Below the pieces are notes generated by a model. That model saw nothing but the letters and a program-made list of their open reading frames with translations. It had not been told where the DNA came from and ran no database searches. The position numbers were made by a program, and so were the translations under genes. A stretch of 63,989 nucleotides of DNA, the filler included, from Reclinomonas americana ATCC 50394 (taxonomy: Eukaryota): assembly GCA_048213135.1 (NCBI GenBank). It is 9 parts of 4 records of this genome, joined end to end, with 100 filler letters (N's around TTAATTAATTAA, not from the genome) between each part and the next. Parts side by side here need not be neighbours in the genome. Positions count along the whole stretch, not along the records: positions 1 to 16,851 come from PS015449.1; 8 more parts are not named here. One strand, given 5' to 3'. This document shows positions 1 through 13,275 of this stretch, piece after piece (within the stretch, counting starts at the first letter, position 1; the number at the start of each line of letters is the position of its first letter).

Positions 1-106
1 TAGTGGTCGACCACGTACGCGCCGCCGAACCACGCGAACTACAACAACAACGACACTAGTATGTTCGTACTGTAAGACGACTACCGCCGACCGAACGACG
101 ACGTAC

Positions 107-166
<60 letters not shown>

Positions 167-171
167 CACAC

Positions 172-1490
172 CTGTCGAAACATGGGAGCCGTGGCCACGA
201 GAGGACACACTTGCGCATGATCGGCATGACTCTCGGCCGTGCCGCGCCACGGACACCCCAGGTCAAAGGCGCCACAGCGCACCGGCCGCAGTCGGCATTG
301 CGCATCTGAATACAATACACGAGCGCACGTGTCACCCAACCACTCACATCGCACTACTAAACAACAGCACCACTAACCTAGATGCTGTCGGAGCTGCGAC
401 CAGCCGCACTCCGCACCACACTCTCGCGGACACGCAAACAAGCACACAAGCTCGAGATGCGCGCTCATCTCGCAGGGCGGCAGCCGCGCACGGCATCCTT
501 GATCGGCACGCAAGCACGGCACCGCGCACGAAGTCCACGCGTGTTCCACAAGAGCGCTGACCGGAAACAGCGCGTGGCATTGCGGACACTGCGTCTGACA
601 GTCGTGCGAGTCATGAAACTCGCCAATGGCCTGTGTCACATGCTCAGTGAATCAAGTATGCTTGCCATCTAACTGCGACACGGAGGGACGAAACTTGCGG
701 GCCAGCACCGCAAGCCGGACAGCAGACCTGTTTTACAAGGATGAGTGGTCAACAAGGAAGACACGAGCGTTGTGGCGACGCAACTCGAATGTTACGGAAC
801 GCACGCCGCACAAACGGAGGCGCCTCATGCGCCGACGCCACAGTCGTCGAGCAGCATCCGCACAGTCCACGCTCTCGCTGATCAACATGCTCACTGCGGA
901 ACAATAATATAAGCACACAAGTCACACGGTCGCTGCGCGCACGCTGTCTCACCGACACAGAGTGTGCTCGCCAGCCGCACACAAACAGAACTCCAAGCCA
1001 CAAAGATCCTGGGGGGAACATGTCAACTCAAGCTCAACATCGATTGACATGCTCTTGATCACTGCAATCAGTCACTCACACTCACACTCTGCTCTCTTCT
1101 CTCTGCTCTCTTCTCTATGCTCTTCTCTCTGCTCTTCTCTCTCTCTCTCGCTCGCTCGCTCAGTCACTCTGTGCACGACTGTGTGTGTGCGTGCGTGTGC
1201 GTGTGTTTGTGTGTGTGCGTGCGTTCAATGAAACCCGCAGTCTAGCCCTTTCCCCCTCACTCACTCACTCACTCTCTCTCTCTCTCACTCACTCACTCCC
1301 TTCCCTCACACTCACTCACCTGACACACTGCACACACAAACTTGTCCGCCTCCCGCCGATCCTCCTCCAACACATTATCCAGCGACAAAACCGCCTTTCC
1401 ACTTGCTCCAGCAGCAGAGGGTCTCTGTGGAGCAACCGGAAGCACCGGTAGTGCTATTACCGGCGCATCGGGGTCAGGCACAAAGGCCAT
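172..1490 (-). CDS. RING-like + TRAF-type zinc finger protein (spliced, 3' end uncertain or off-window)
   Basis: ATG at 1490. GT-AG splicing joins MAFVPDPD..KFVCAVCQ|DLCGLEFCLCAAGEHTLCR|..CGCC..RAFRNIR|VCCPACGAGPQ|AIGEFH..CPQC..H..C..GC..H..C|DAQCRLRPVRCGAFDLGCPWRGTAESHADHAQVC. The Cys/His spacing is typical of RING followed by TRAF zinc fingers. Confidence 0.75.
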
Positions 1491-2057
1491 TCTCAACAAT
1501 GAGAAAACGTGTTCGTGTCCCGTGCAAGATCGCGTCCCCCACCCGTTAGATTTCATCTCTCACTGCGCACTTTGCAAACAGCGAATGCAGAGGCAGACGA
1601 GGTGTGTCATGCTGTTGAGCTGCTGCGTTGAAGCCGCTGCTGTACACTTGGTGCGTGAAGTTTGTCGTTTTCTTCTGCCGTAAAAACGAGAATCGAGTTC
1701 CAGCGTCGCACACAGTCTGACTCTCTTTGCCGCACGTTTCTCTGTCTCCCCTCCGCGACGCCAGTGCCAATACCTCAACAAACGCAAAGCTTCCGCTGTG
1801 TCCTCGCGTCCCTCGCGCGATTGTCCCCATTCCCGCGCACTTTCTCTCCTGCCCTCTCTCGTTCACTCTCAGTGCAACAACTCTCTGTGCACGAGCAACT
1901 CACGCGCAGCACGAGCAGCAGATACCCAAAAGAAGTTGCATGTTTTCGTTTGTTTGTGTGCGTGTGATGTCCATGACTGACATGTCTCTCTCTTTCTCTC
2001 TCTTTGTGTTTGTTGTCAAGCAGTCTTGTGTGTTTGTGTGTTTTGTGAGTGTGCAAG

Positions 2058-4033
2058 ATGAGGCTTACTGCAGAGCTTGTGAATCGGTCGCCGACTTTTA
2101 TCAACCCGTTGAAGCTGCGCGAGTTGGACTTGCGAGGTGAGTAAAGAGAGAGAGCACAGAGAGAGAGAGAGAGAGAAAGAGGGAGCAGAGAGTGTGAGTG
2201 AGTGTGTGAGAGAAAGAGAGTGAGTCTGTTTGCATGTTGCTTGTTGTCTCTTCAAGCATGCTTCTTGTATCTCTCTCTCACGCACTCAAGCACTTGAGAG
2301 CTGTGGCAGAGCGACAATGCAGCTTGCTCAATGCACACTCTCTCGCTCCCTTTGTTGAGAGTCATGTACTCTTTCTTTTCTGTCTGTCTCTCTTGCATCC
2401 CCTTCCCTCATCCCCCTTCCCTCTCTCCCCCTCCCTTCCCCCCTCCCGGCCCAGGCAACAAAATCCCCGCCATTGAAAACCTCGGCGCCACCAAGGACCA
2501 ATTCAACTGCATCGACCTCTCCGACAACGAAGTCATCCGGCTCGACAACTTCCCCACCCTCCGACGACTGGAGGTCCTCATGCTGGCCAACAATCGCATC
2601 AGCAAACTGTCACCATCGTGCGGCGAGCAGCTGCCCGAACTCAGAATGCTCATTCTCACCAACAATCACATTCGCGAGTTGGCGGAGCTGGATGGTGCGG
2701 CTCTCCCGTGTCACTGCTCATCTCTTCGCTCGCTTGTCTCACGTGCGCTTTTGTCTGCAGCGCTGTCAACATTCCCGAAGTTGGAGATGGTCAGTCTGCG
2801 CAACAACATGGTCACCCGGCAAGTCAACTACCGATTGTACGCCATCAGTCGGATGCCGAAGCTGCGCGTGCTGGATTTCACAAAAGTGAAGCAAAAGGTG
2901 AGATGCAGTTGCAGGGACATGATAGAGAGGTGCAGGCGGGGAGGCACTCTCTCTCTCTCTCTCTCTCTCTCCCTCTCCCCCTCCCTCGCTCTCTGACTCA
3001 CTCACTCGCTTCTCCGCGCTCATGTTCTTGTCACACACTATCGCACATTGCTCTGCTATCTCGCGCTTTCTCTGTCTCAGTCAGTATTGCAACACGGACG
3101 CTCTCGCTCCCTTCGCCACTCGCTTCTTCCTGCCACACGCTCTCGCGCTCTGCTCTTCTGTCTCTCTCTCTTTGAAACGCGGCTCAGAGACACACTTACT
3201 CGTTGCCTCCCTTACTGCACAACTACTCGCGCTCGCGAAGTGCTCTGTTTCTCTCTCTCTCTCTCTCTCTCTCGCGCGCATGCTCGTTCTCTGAGACGGA
3301 AGGCGCAGTGTCTCGCTTATTCGCTGCCGCACGCCTCGTCTCTCAGAGACAGGTTCTCACTTGTTGATGCGCAGTCACTGACTCTTTCCCTCCCTCCTTC
3401 TCTCTTCCGATCCATACCGCGCTCTCGAACTCGTGCATACTATGGCTGGCAACTACAACCCCTGGACTCCTGCACTGCATCCCCTTCTGCTGCTCTCTCG
3501 TTCCCCTCTCTCTCTCCGTCCCTTTCCTTCTCTTCCCTCCCTCCCTTCACGCTCACGCTCTTTTCCCTCTTCATCTCTCGCAGGAACGCGAGGCAGCAGA
3601 GCGCCTGTTTGGCAAGCCCAAGATCGGCGCTGGTGCAGCGGCGGACGGCGGCAACGAGGGCCCATCGAGGACATTTGTGCCGGGTGAAATCATTCCCACG
3701 TCTGGCGGTTTCCTGCCGCTGGACGCACCAAAGCTGACACGGGCACAGATTCGGAGAATCGAGGTGTGTGGTTTGGGGAAGAGAGCGATGGCTGTGTGCC
3801 TATTGCCCTCGCTTCGCCCGCCACCCTTTTCCCTCTGCTCACCACCCCCTTTTCCTTCTTCGCAGGAGGCCATCCAAAACGCCAACACCGCCGAGGAAAT
3901 GTCGCGATACGAGACGGCCCTCGCCACTGGAATGTTCCCACGCGAGTTGCTGCAGGGTGACGGTGACGGTGAAGCGGGTGGCGCTTCAGGGAGCGGTGCC
4001 AATGGTCACGTGGGAATGGAGACGGACGAATAG
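2058..4033 (+). CDS. SNRPA1: U2 snRNP A' (LRR) protein, 5 exons
   Basis: Exons 2058-2136, 2455-2694, 2761-2897, 3584-3763 and 3866-4033 join in phase. They read MRLTAELVNRSPTFINPLKLRELDLRGNKIPAIENLGATKDQFNCIDLSDNE..YRLYAISRMPKLRVLDFTKVKQKERE..EAIQNANTAEE. Confidence 0.95.
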
Positions 4034-4922
4034 CGTAGATGCGGGTGTTGTGGGTGTGGCGGAGGTGGGTGAGTTAGGAAAAACGAAGAGAAAAAGAAGG
4101 GGTTGGAGAATGGTTGTGACGGTGGCGGCAGTGTGTTTCCAAAAGTGAATGAGCTGCGGGTTTGGTTTTTTCGTGACTCGGTTTGCACAGCTTCTTGATT
4201 TAGTTTTGGAGCAGAGTAGGGAGGGCGGTGACGGTACGTTGCTCTTTCTCTGCCTATCGCTCTCGTTCCACTGTCCTTCTCTTTTACTTCCCTTCCCATC
4301 TTGCTATCTGTCTCAGTCTCTCCACCCTTTCCTCTTTTCCTTCACTTCGTCCTCTCTCTTCCTCTTACTGTCGCTCTTGTTTCTTTTCCTTTCTCTCTCC
4401 ACCCTCCCTCCCTCCTCTCTCTCTCTCTCTCTCTCCATTCACTCCTCTTTCTGCCCTCCCTTCTTCCCTCTTAATTCTACATCCTTCCCTCTTTTCCTTT
4501 CTTCCCTCCTTCAGTCTCTCTCCTGTCGCTCTCAGTCCCGCTCACTATACTTGCCGCACTCCTGTTTTCTGTCTCTTCCCTCCGTCTCTCTCTCTCTCTC
4601 TCGTTCCCATTCTCCTCTTCTCTCTATCACTCTTCCGTCTATCTCGCTACTCTTCTCTAACTACTCTCCATGTCTTGCTCTTCGTCTCTCAGTCTCTCAT
4701 CTTCTGTCTCTCCATCCCTATTCCCTCTCACCTTTCATTCTCTCTCACTATTTCTTCTCTTCTCCGTCTCTTTAACCCACCCTGTTGCCCCTCCCCCTTT
4801 CCCCTTTCCCTTTCTTCCCTCCCCCTTTCCCTTTCTCCCCCTCCCCTCCCTTTCCCTTTCGCCTTCTCCATCTACTTGTGTACATTGTTGTTGTCATATT
4901 TTCCTCTCGCCCGCTCACTCAC

Positions 4923-7900
4923 TCACTCACCATGATCATCATGCAACGATGAGTGGTGGTGCCACACTACCCCTCCCCCTTGTCCTCCTACACCAACATG
5001 ACCCCCCAGCTCCACCTCATCCTCCTCCATCGTCATATCGCCGCCGCCGCCAAACGAGGCCGCCGACATGGACGGGTGCAACAAGCGCGGCGACGCGACA
5101 GGATCGCACGCATCGCCCGCGGGAAATGGTCGGTACGCAATGTCGGTGGGTGGTGACTGCGAAGAGAGAGGGGTGAGAGCACGCAAGAGACAAAAGATAC
5201 GAGGAGGACTCGAGAATTCACCAGTGAAGGCTGAAACAGAGACGACATGCCGAGGTCCTCCACCTGAACACAATCAAACATTTCGTCAGTATCACCAACA
5301 CAGCTTACTTGGCAATCTGTGCACTCACCGACAGTCTCCTCCTCGCGTTGGCCACGGTGTCGCCGTCGAAAATCTTGGAAAACTTGTGCACTGAGGACGG
5401 CGGACTGCGGTCGATGGTCGTGGCGGCACGAATCAGCGACGTGATGGTGCCTTTTGGGGGCGTAAAATGCTGCAGGTGCTGCGAAATCGTCGACCCTGGA
5501 GCAGCAGCAAACGAGGGAACCGGCGGCTCTGATGGCGGAGGAACGTGGTGCTGCTGCTGATGTGTGGCGGCGGAGAGCAAGGGTGGTTGTCGAAGCGGCG
5601 GCTGTGGCGGCGGCTGCGCCTGCAACTGCATCATCGGCAGTATCGGCAGGTGCGGCATCGAGACGGGCAGTGGCATCAGTGGGAACTGCTGCAACGACGG
5701 TGGCGGGAGTGTCAGCGCGGGTGGCGCTGCTGCTGCTGCGGCTGACGCCGCGGCCGCCTCCACACCAGACAAGGCCAGTAGCCGCTGTTCGAAACGTCGC
5801 CGCTGCGCCAATGGCGACGTCGGAGACTCCACCTTGTGAACGACCAGGTTGCTCATCAGCGCCGGTGGCGAGTGCGAGTGCGCCGCTGCCGTTGGTGGTG
5901 GCAGCAGACATGCACCGCCACCGCCGCCGCCACCGCCGCTGCTACTCGATGGCGACGACGGCTGCGCCGAGCCCGAGCTGCCACCAGCGCCCCTTGCATC
6001 CGCAATAACAGGAAGTGGAGCAAAAGGCGCGGGTGACACCATGAGCGGCATCTGGTACGGCTTCGACAGGGGTAGCAATTGCGGCACAGCACTGCTGGGC
6101 GGCGGCGCGTAGGTCGGCGGTGTGGATTGTGGAGGGGTGACAGTTTTCGCCTCTCCTCCTTCTTGCGGCACTCGTGTCGGCACCTGCAGTGGTGGCAGTT
6201 GTGAGGCTGCTCCGGCGCTTGCTGCTGTTGGTGTGGTGGTGGTCGTTGTGGTGGCGGTCGACGAGGTGGTGGTGGTGGCCGAGGACGATGACATTGGTCC
6301 ATACGATCCCGGATACGAGGAGAACGAGGAGAACGAGCCACGAGAGGCCGGCGACGGCAGCACCAAGTCGGCAGATGAAGTTGGTTCCACGTACGGCGGC
6401 GCGTGCAGGTCGAAATCGGGTGGCGGAGCACGTGGCCGCTTCCGCCCCGCCACCGACTTGCGCTGCAGACGTGGCACAGACGGCAAATCCTTGTAGTCTG
6501 CAGCCATGAACCGCGTGAGAGGTGAAAGAGGAGAGAGCAAGATGGAGACGCGCGCGCAACTTGCAGCGCGTGGCATGATTGTGGGGCCGGTGGGGCCTGG
6601 GAAGCGGTGCTTCAGCCGCCGCTTGTTTTTCGACACATCTTGCACACAGTCGATATTCTGCGCGCGAATGTTAAACACACTGTTGTCAAAGAGCGACGCT
6701 ACCTTCTCCACTTGAGAGTACCTTTTTCGCGCAGCGAATGCACGCAGCCAGCTCGTTGGTGCGAAGGCAGCGCACTTTTGATCGCCTGTAAACAAACACA
6801 CGGGGTGCATAAGCGCGATTGGTTGGTATCGGACATTGTTTTGTGCGGACATAAGATTCTACACCCTTATGCAGCACTCAGCAATGAGTACCATAAAGGG
6901 GCGGGCGAAACGCATATCGCGAGAGGGAGAGAGAAAGAGAGAGAGACTTAAAGCGAGCGTGAGAAGTTTTCGTGTTCGGTTTCGCAAACCGCTTTCCTCA
7001 TGGAGAAACACATATCGAACATGCGCACAACCAAGACAGAACGGTGCGTGCAGGAGGAGGCACAGAGGCAGGGAGAGGAGTGTGTATGTGAGAGAGAGTG
7101 CATTTCTTTGAGAGACAGAGAGAAACGGGAGAGAAAACAATGATGGATACTGCAGGCGCACATGTCTCAACCTCCCTTGCCTTTCGCGACAAGAAAGGAA
7201 ATCTCTGCCTCTCCCGTGCACACGATTGCAGGGGAGCATGCAACACTCCCTCAACGTGCAACACTTGAACAAATGAAAAGTTCTGACGACATTAAGGTCG
7301 GCGGTGGACATGGCCGACCTGTGTGTGTGTCTCTCTCACTCCTCTCTAGATCTCTGCGATCACCCTCTTCTGCTGCCTGCACAAGTACAACGTACCACGA
7401 TAAACCAATGGTGATCAACACTGCATCCTCTGTCTGTCTTGTGCCCTCTCTCTCACTGTGCACTCAAGCGACCACACTCATGCAACGCGGGAGAATGCGG
7501 AAGAACAACGAGCAGACGGTTCAGCCCACGCGCACAAATAAGCGAGTGAAGAGAGAGAGAGAGCGGAGAGAGAAAGGGAACACAGAGAGCACAGGAACCT
7601 GGGAACGCGCATCCTTCAACTGCACTTGGCGACAGGGAAAAGACGGGTGGGGCATGGTTTGCCATGGCCGACAACACAACAGAACCCGCGTCGTGTGACG
7701 CAGATCAGCAAGCAAAAAGAAGCACAGTGAGAGTAAGAGACAGAGGTGTGCACATCCACGCACGCACAACAAGCAAACACGGTCAGAGACAGAGACTTGA
7801 GGTGAGTGACGACTGTGAAAAAACTCACAAAAACGAGAACACAAGCAAGTGTGTTGATCAGTGGAGAGGAGAAGAAGGAGAAGGACAAGAAGGCGGTGGT

Positions 7901-9335
7901 GGTGGTGGAGATGGAGAAGGAGGCGAACGCCAGAGTGAAAGAGAACGTTGAAACGGTCACCAGAGCATACAGTTGACATGCAAACAGTATTTCGCAAAGA
8001 TGTCGTCACAGAGATGCGCCCGCTCGCATATGCGAGGAGGAGATGAAAGAGAGAGGAAGGGATGGAGAGAGAGAGAGAGCGGTGTCTCGATTGAGAGAAG
8101 AAGCACACGCGCGATGCATTGACTGAGACAAACAGTTGATCTGCCAAACACCACCAGAAGTGCGCAAGTCACCCACTCTCTCACTCTCACTGGCTCCACA
8201 TGCGCAACGCAAAACGCTCGTACACAAAAAGAAGGAGACAGGAAGAGAGGGAGAGCAAGAGAGCACATGCAGCACCTGCATCAAGAGAAGCACAGCAGAC
8301 AGGGACGTTGAGACGCGAGGAACAGTTGACCTCCCAAACGGTATTACAACATGCAACAGCCATGCACGGTCGCCACGGACGCTGTCTCCATGATAGAAGG
8401 AGAGGTGGCCATCGCCACACGAAAGAACAACCAAGCAAGACGCAGGCGAGGAATCTACAGAAGGAGGAGTAGAAAGTGCGGCAGCACGGACAGTTGACCT
8501 CTCCCCGCCTGCCGCTCGCAAAGGAGTCGCTGCCTCAACACCGCAGCAGTCTCCATGCATGATCATGGGAGAGGTGCACACTCTCACACGGGAGATTGAT
8601 CAAGCTGGAGGCAGCGAAGGAACCAACAGACGACCGGAGAGGAAGCAGTGCAGTGAAAGACGTTGACCCATGCAGACAGTTGACCTTTCCCTGGCCACAT
8701 AGAACCAGGAGTCGCCGCCTCCACACCACAGCAACCAGCACAGCACTCACGGACACAACACGCTGAACAAACCCCTCGGGAGAATCCCAACAACACGGAA
8801 GCACATGCAAAACACGTTGAGGCAACCAGTGCCAGCCCCACAAAACACCCCGCAAACCGTTGACCTCCCTCCCCCACCCACTTCCCCACTCTCAGGCCAC
8901 TCACCGACACGCGACACACGCCACACAAGCATTCGTGCGACCAGTCTTGCCCGTTCCCGATCTATGAGAAGACGACGACGATCGCGGTCTCGATGGCTTG
9001 CCCTTGTCCTCCTTCGACTGCGGCTGCTGCTGCCTCGACGTTGCTGCCTCCACGTACTCCCCATCACCATCGTCCTCCACGTACTCATCATCATCATCCT
9101 CGATATCTTCGTCGCCGTCCTCCTCGTCTTCGTCTTCCTCCTCGCGATCAGAAGATGCATCACTGATACTCGTGGGCACACCCGCCCTTGCTGCTGCATC
9201 AGTTCCCAGTGAGTGCGATTGGTTCTGCTGCTGTGTAGTGGAGGAATCCTGGTCTGCTGCTGTATCGTTATAATCATCCTCGTCCTCATCATGATCGTCG
9301 TCGTCGGACGCTGACATGTGCTCAGTGGAACTCAT
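4923..9335 (-). CDS. Zn(II)2Cys6 (GAL4-type) zinc-cluster transcription factor with acidic N-terminus and P/S/Q-rich C-terminus
   Basis: Exons 9335-8905, 6785-6722 and 6657 onward splice in phase to CVACRRSKVRCLRTNELAACIRCAKKNIDC, i.e. C-x2-C-x6-C-x8-C-x2-C-x6-C. The 3' exons are less certain. Confidence 0.8.
7945..8870. repeat. Degenerate ~165-190 bp tandem repeat inside the 2.1-kb intron of the zinc-cluster gene
   Basis: An AC(A/C)GTTGA(C/T) core, usually followed by CT, occurs at 7969, 8132, 8322, 8490, 8676 and 8856. Two units share the flank GAGTCGC(T/C)GCCTC.ACACC.CAGCA (~8525, ~8709). Confidence 0.6.
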
Positions 9336-9935
9336 GCTGTGAGAGGGAGACAGTGAGTGACAGAGAATGTGAGTGTGAGAGAGTGTGTGAGAGAGTGAGT
9401 GTGAGAAGAATGCGGACACACCTGCGTTGCGCAGTGTCGCGACGCACAGAGAGTTGTAGTGTCCGTGTTTGAGAGTGTGTGTGTGCGTGTGAGAGAGAGC
9501 GCGCGAGTGTGTGTGTGAGAGAATATGCGTGTAATTGCCTGCGTGTGTGTGCACGCAATGCAACGTGTGAAAACAAGCGGTTGAGACAATCGCGAGATAT
9601 CGAGCGGGTTTCCCGCGCAGCAGTGTTTCACGAGTGTCATGTTGCGAGCTCTCTCTCTCTCTCTCTCGTGCAACAGAGGTGAGACGAAGATGAGCGTGTG
9701 TTGGCGGAGAGAGCCATCTTGGCGAGAAGAGAAGAGGCGAGTGAGTGGCGGAGAAATCGATTTCCTCTTTAGGCGAAAGGCGCACGGAACACAATCAAAA
9801 CACTAGTTGCCTTCGTAAGAAAACTCGAAACACAAACACCGGCGCCGGTGTATGCAGATCCCTCTCCGTCCTTTCATTGCAGTGTCGTGGCTTCATCAAT
9901 TAATTGTGCGAGAGATGATGCGCATCATTAACGCC

Positions 9936-11620
9936 TCAAAATGGGCACTTGAGCAAGTGCGGCTCAAACACACTGCCGACCATGTACGTGTGCTCCCCGG
10001 TGCGGGCGGCCACCGAGCCGCCGCTGATGCCGGTGCCGTCGTCCAGCAGCAGCTCGTCCTTGACAACGAGAATGTTGGAGACTCCGGGCCTGCATGCCCA
10101 CAAGAGGAAAAGTAAACACATGCACTTCTTCCGATGCAAGAAAAGAAACGCAACGTAAAGTCGGGATTGTGCGTGAGGCGCACAACCTGTGTGGGCGACG
10201 GCGACGCGTGATTGCGCGTGTGTTTCAAGTACTTAAGCGCGTGGTAGTGGCCGCACGCCCACACGTCGCCCGTCTCGTCGTCGACGGTGAGGTTGTCGAC
10301 AAAGAAGCGCAGACGCACGAATCCGCGCTCCACCAGCGTCTCCACGCCGGCGGCCTCGTCGTGCGACCGCTCGTACACGAATACGCCGTGGCTGAACGAG
10401 GAGGCCAGGTACAGTGTGCGGCGATCGGGACTCACCGCCACGCCGTTGGGCATGCCCAGGTCGGTGGCGGCCTTGCGGCAGATCCACTGTGCGCCCGGCG
10501 GTTTCTCGCAGTACACCATGTGCGCCCACGAGCGTTGCAGGTACGTCTCCACCATGCCCTTCAGAGAGCCTACCGCGCGAGAAGGGAAAGTTGAGGGGAA
10601 AAAGGAAAAGGGTGAGCGGGGGCAAGCAAACAAACCAGTGGGCGCGGCCAGCCAGTTGCTGGCGTAAATCTTGTTCGCGTCGACGACCGCCACATCGTTC
10701 AAGTGGTACGCCACCTGGTGGTCGACAATCGAGTCGACGTGCACGAGCGGGGCGTCGTGGTCGCTCGAGTCGTGCGTGAAGATCTCGATCGAATCGCCGT
10801 CGGCGGTGTGCGTCACGACAAACACGCGTGCCACCGTGGTGGGGTTCTCGGGGTCGGGATACACGGCGATACCGTGCGGATGCCAGTGTGCGGCGGCCTT
10901 GAAGTCGCCGGTGATGCGGAGGGGAACTGGCGTGGCGTCGGGGTTGGTGAGGTCCAGCAGGAGAACGCTGCCGGGAGGGCACTGCGATGAAGAAATGAGA
11001 GGAGTGAAAAGGGTGAGGAGGGCAGGGAAGACGCAACGCGGCGCATGCGTGTGGTTTCGCCTTCAGAGTCCATGAAGCCGAGGGTCATCCAGCAACGGCG
11101 GTCGTCGGCGGTGACGTAGGCCACGTTGCCGAAGCGCTGTGGGTGGCGAGGGGAAAGAGGGGAGTGAGCGAAGGGGAAGGGGAAGGGGTGCAAACTGTTC
11201 CTTCTCACTCTCCGCTCTTCCGCACCTCTCAGCCTTTACTTCTTCTTGTTTCCCCCTCTTTTCTTCCTTCCTCTTTCTCCCGTCTCACTCGCTGTCTCTT
11301 GTAGTGAACAAAGACAACAGCTTACGAGAAGCATCCCGTAACCATATCGGTCCCTTTTGCATATGCCCATGCGGCCCTTTCTTTTCTCCTTTTCTTCTCG
11401 TCGCTTCTCTTCTGTCTCCTCGTCTTCTCATTCTCTTCTCTGCTCTCCTCTTCTCTCCTCTTCAGTTCTCTTTCATCTCCATTCTTCCCCTTGTCTCTTC
11501 AACTTCGTTAATTTCTCCGACAACCTTTACTCTCGTCCTCCTCTCCCACTCTCTCACTCTGTCTGTCCCCGTGCCTCTGTGTCACTAGTAGTACTCTCTC
11601 TGTCTATCTATCTCTCTCTT

Positions 11621-11660
<40 letters not shown>

Positions 11661-11809
11661 CGCAACATGCATATCCTCCATTCCCACTGGTCCCTCCACC
11701 CGCGAGCACCCCTCCGCCCCATGCCACTCACTCCCGCCTTTTGACGCAGGCGGCAACAGCACATTGGCATCGTGCAGGAAGCTCACAAGAAAGGCCGCCA
11801 GCAGTGCCA
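9936..11809 (-). CDS. Paraoxonase/arylesterase (PON-like six-blade lactonase); first exon lies in the N gap
   Basis: Hydrophobic N-terminal segment, then CSRVEGPVGMEDMH|RFGNVAY, WHPHGI, LNDVAVV..IYASN, MPNGVAVSPD, FVDNLTVDDETGDVWACGH, SPSPTQV and GSVA..YMVGSVF. Four in-phase introns are visible. Confidence 0.88.
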
Positions 11810-12353
11810 CTGCAATCAGTGAGAGGTGTGCGCATGAGTGGATGCATGGGCAGCAGGCGCGGGAGGAGGAGCGAGGGGGAGAGGAGGTGGCAGTGGAGGN
11901 NNNNNNNNNNNNNNNNNNNNNNNNNNNNNNNNNNNNNNNNNNNNNNNNNNNNNNNNNNNNNNNNNNNNNNNNNNNNNNNNNNNNNNNNNNNNNNNNNNNN
12001 NNNNNNNNNNNNNNNNNNNNNNNNNNNNNNNNNNNNNNNNNNNNNNNNNNNNNNNNNNNNNNNNNNNNNNNNNNNNNNNNNNNNNNNNNNNNNNNNNNNN
12101 NNNNNNNNNNNNNNNNNNNNNNNNNNNNNNNNNNNNNNNNNNNNNNNNNNNNNNNNNNNNNNNNNNNNNNNNNNNNNNNNNNNNNNNNNNNNNNNNNNNN
12201 NNNNNNNNNNNNNNNNNNNNNNNNNNNNNNNNNNNNNNNNNNNNNNNNNNNNNNNNNNNNNNNNNNNNNNNNNNNNNNNNNNNNNNNNNNNNNNNNNNNN
12301 NNNNNNNNNNNNNNNNNNNNNNNNNNNNNNNNNNNNNNNNNNNNNNNNNNNNA

Positions 12354-13096
12354 CAGCAATACCAGCCTCCTCTGCTCCAATCAAGAGCGGCCCTCCACGA
12401 CCCCGTCCTCCTCTCTCACAGCAAGCTCCCCAGAGCAGCAACGCGCGACTGGAGCGCCTTTTGGCACCGGTACTTTGCTCGTTGAGTGGCGCCTGTCTCT
12501 TTGTGTTGCCTGCTCATGTGTGAGAGCAGGGACGAGGAGCGGGCGTGGGATATGCAGACGATTTCGATGAGTTGCCTCCGGAGCCTGCGGGCGGTGGTGG
12601 ATCGCTGTGGGGCACGTTTGATGAGGAGGCGAATCGACGGGAGTTCCAGGAGGCGGTGGCGTCGTGGCGCACGCAGGGGCGACCTGCAGAGTCGGCACGG
12701 AAGACGGCTGACAGTGAGGGACAGGCAGCAGCAGAAGGAGGTAGTGGTAGTGGAGGGGGAGGAGGCGCGCTGTGGGGTGCGTACGACGAGGACGGTGCGA
12801 AAGCCGACTTCCAGGAGGCCGTGCTTCGATGGCGACGGCAGCAGCAAGGTGGTGGAGGAGGCGGAGGAGGAGAGGCAGCGCGTGCGGATGAGGCCTCGTG
12901 GCCCGAGTTCACAGTTCCGCAGCCGGCGTATCTGGACTTTCTGCGGGACTTGCACGCGCGCATGCGGCGGCTGCGGGAGGCCGATGAGGGCGTTGGTGGT
13001 GGGAAGCGTGTGTTTTACACGTTAGTGCGAGTGCCGCCAGCGGGGGAGGAGAGGGAGGAGGAGGAAACGGAGAGTGCGGATTCGCCGAGAGAGTGA
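12354..13096 (+). CDS. ZBBX-like ciliary protein, C-terminal part
   Basis: Two copies of the motif LWG.(F/Y)DE.....FQEAV..WR (GTFDEEANRREFQEAVASWR, GAYDEDGAKADFQEAVLRWR), which I recall from ZBBX. One intron ends at 12529 and the stop is at 13096. No B-box is visible; it could be in a gap. Confidence 0.55.
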
Positions 13097-13204
13097 ATCA
13101 GCTTGTTTGTAAGGTTGCTGGTGTAGGAAGGGAGTGTGATATGGAAGAAAGCAGGAGGGATGTTTGTCTGTTGTTGTTCGTCACAGAGTGCAGGGAGGTG
13201 GGAT

Positions 13205-13275
<71 letters not shown>

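Noticed and set aside
2695..6560. Stop-free 3n introns (2695-2760, 3764-3865, 6498-6560) as regulated intron retention
   Set aside because: Short GC-rich introns often lack stops by chance, and there is no evidence without transcripts.
11140..11666. Purine-to-pyrimidine switch near 11190 suggesting a misjoin
   Set aside because: A PON exon (11809-11667) lies upstream and splices in phase to the next exon, so this is an ordinary intron.
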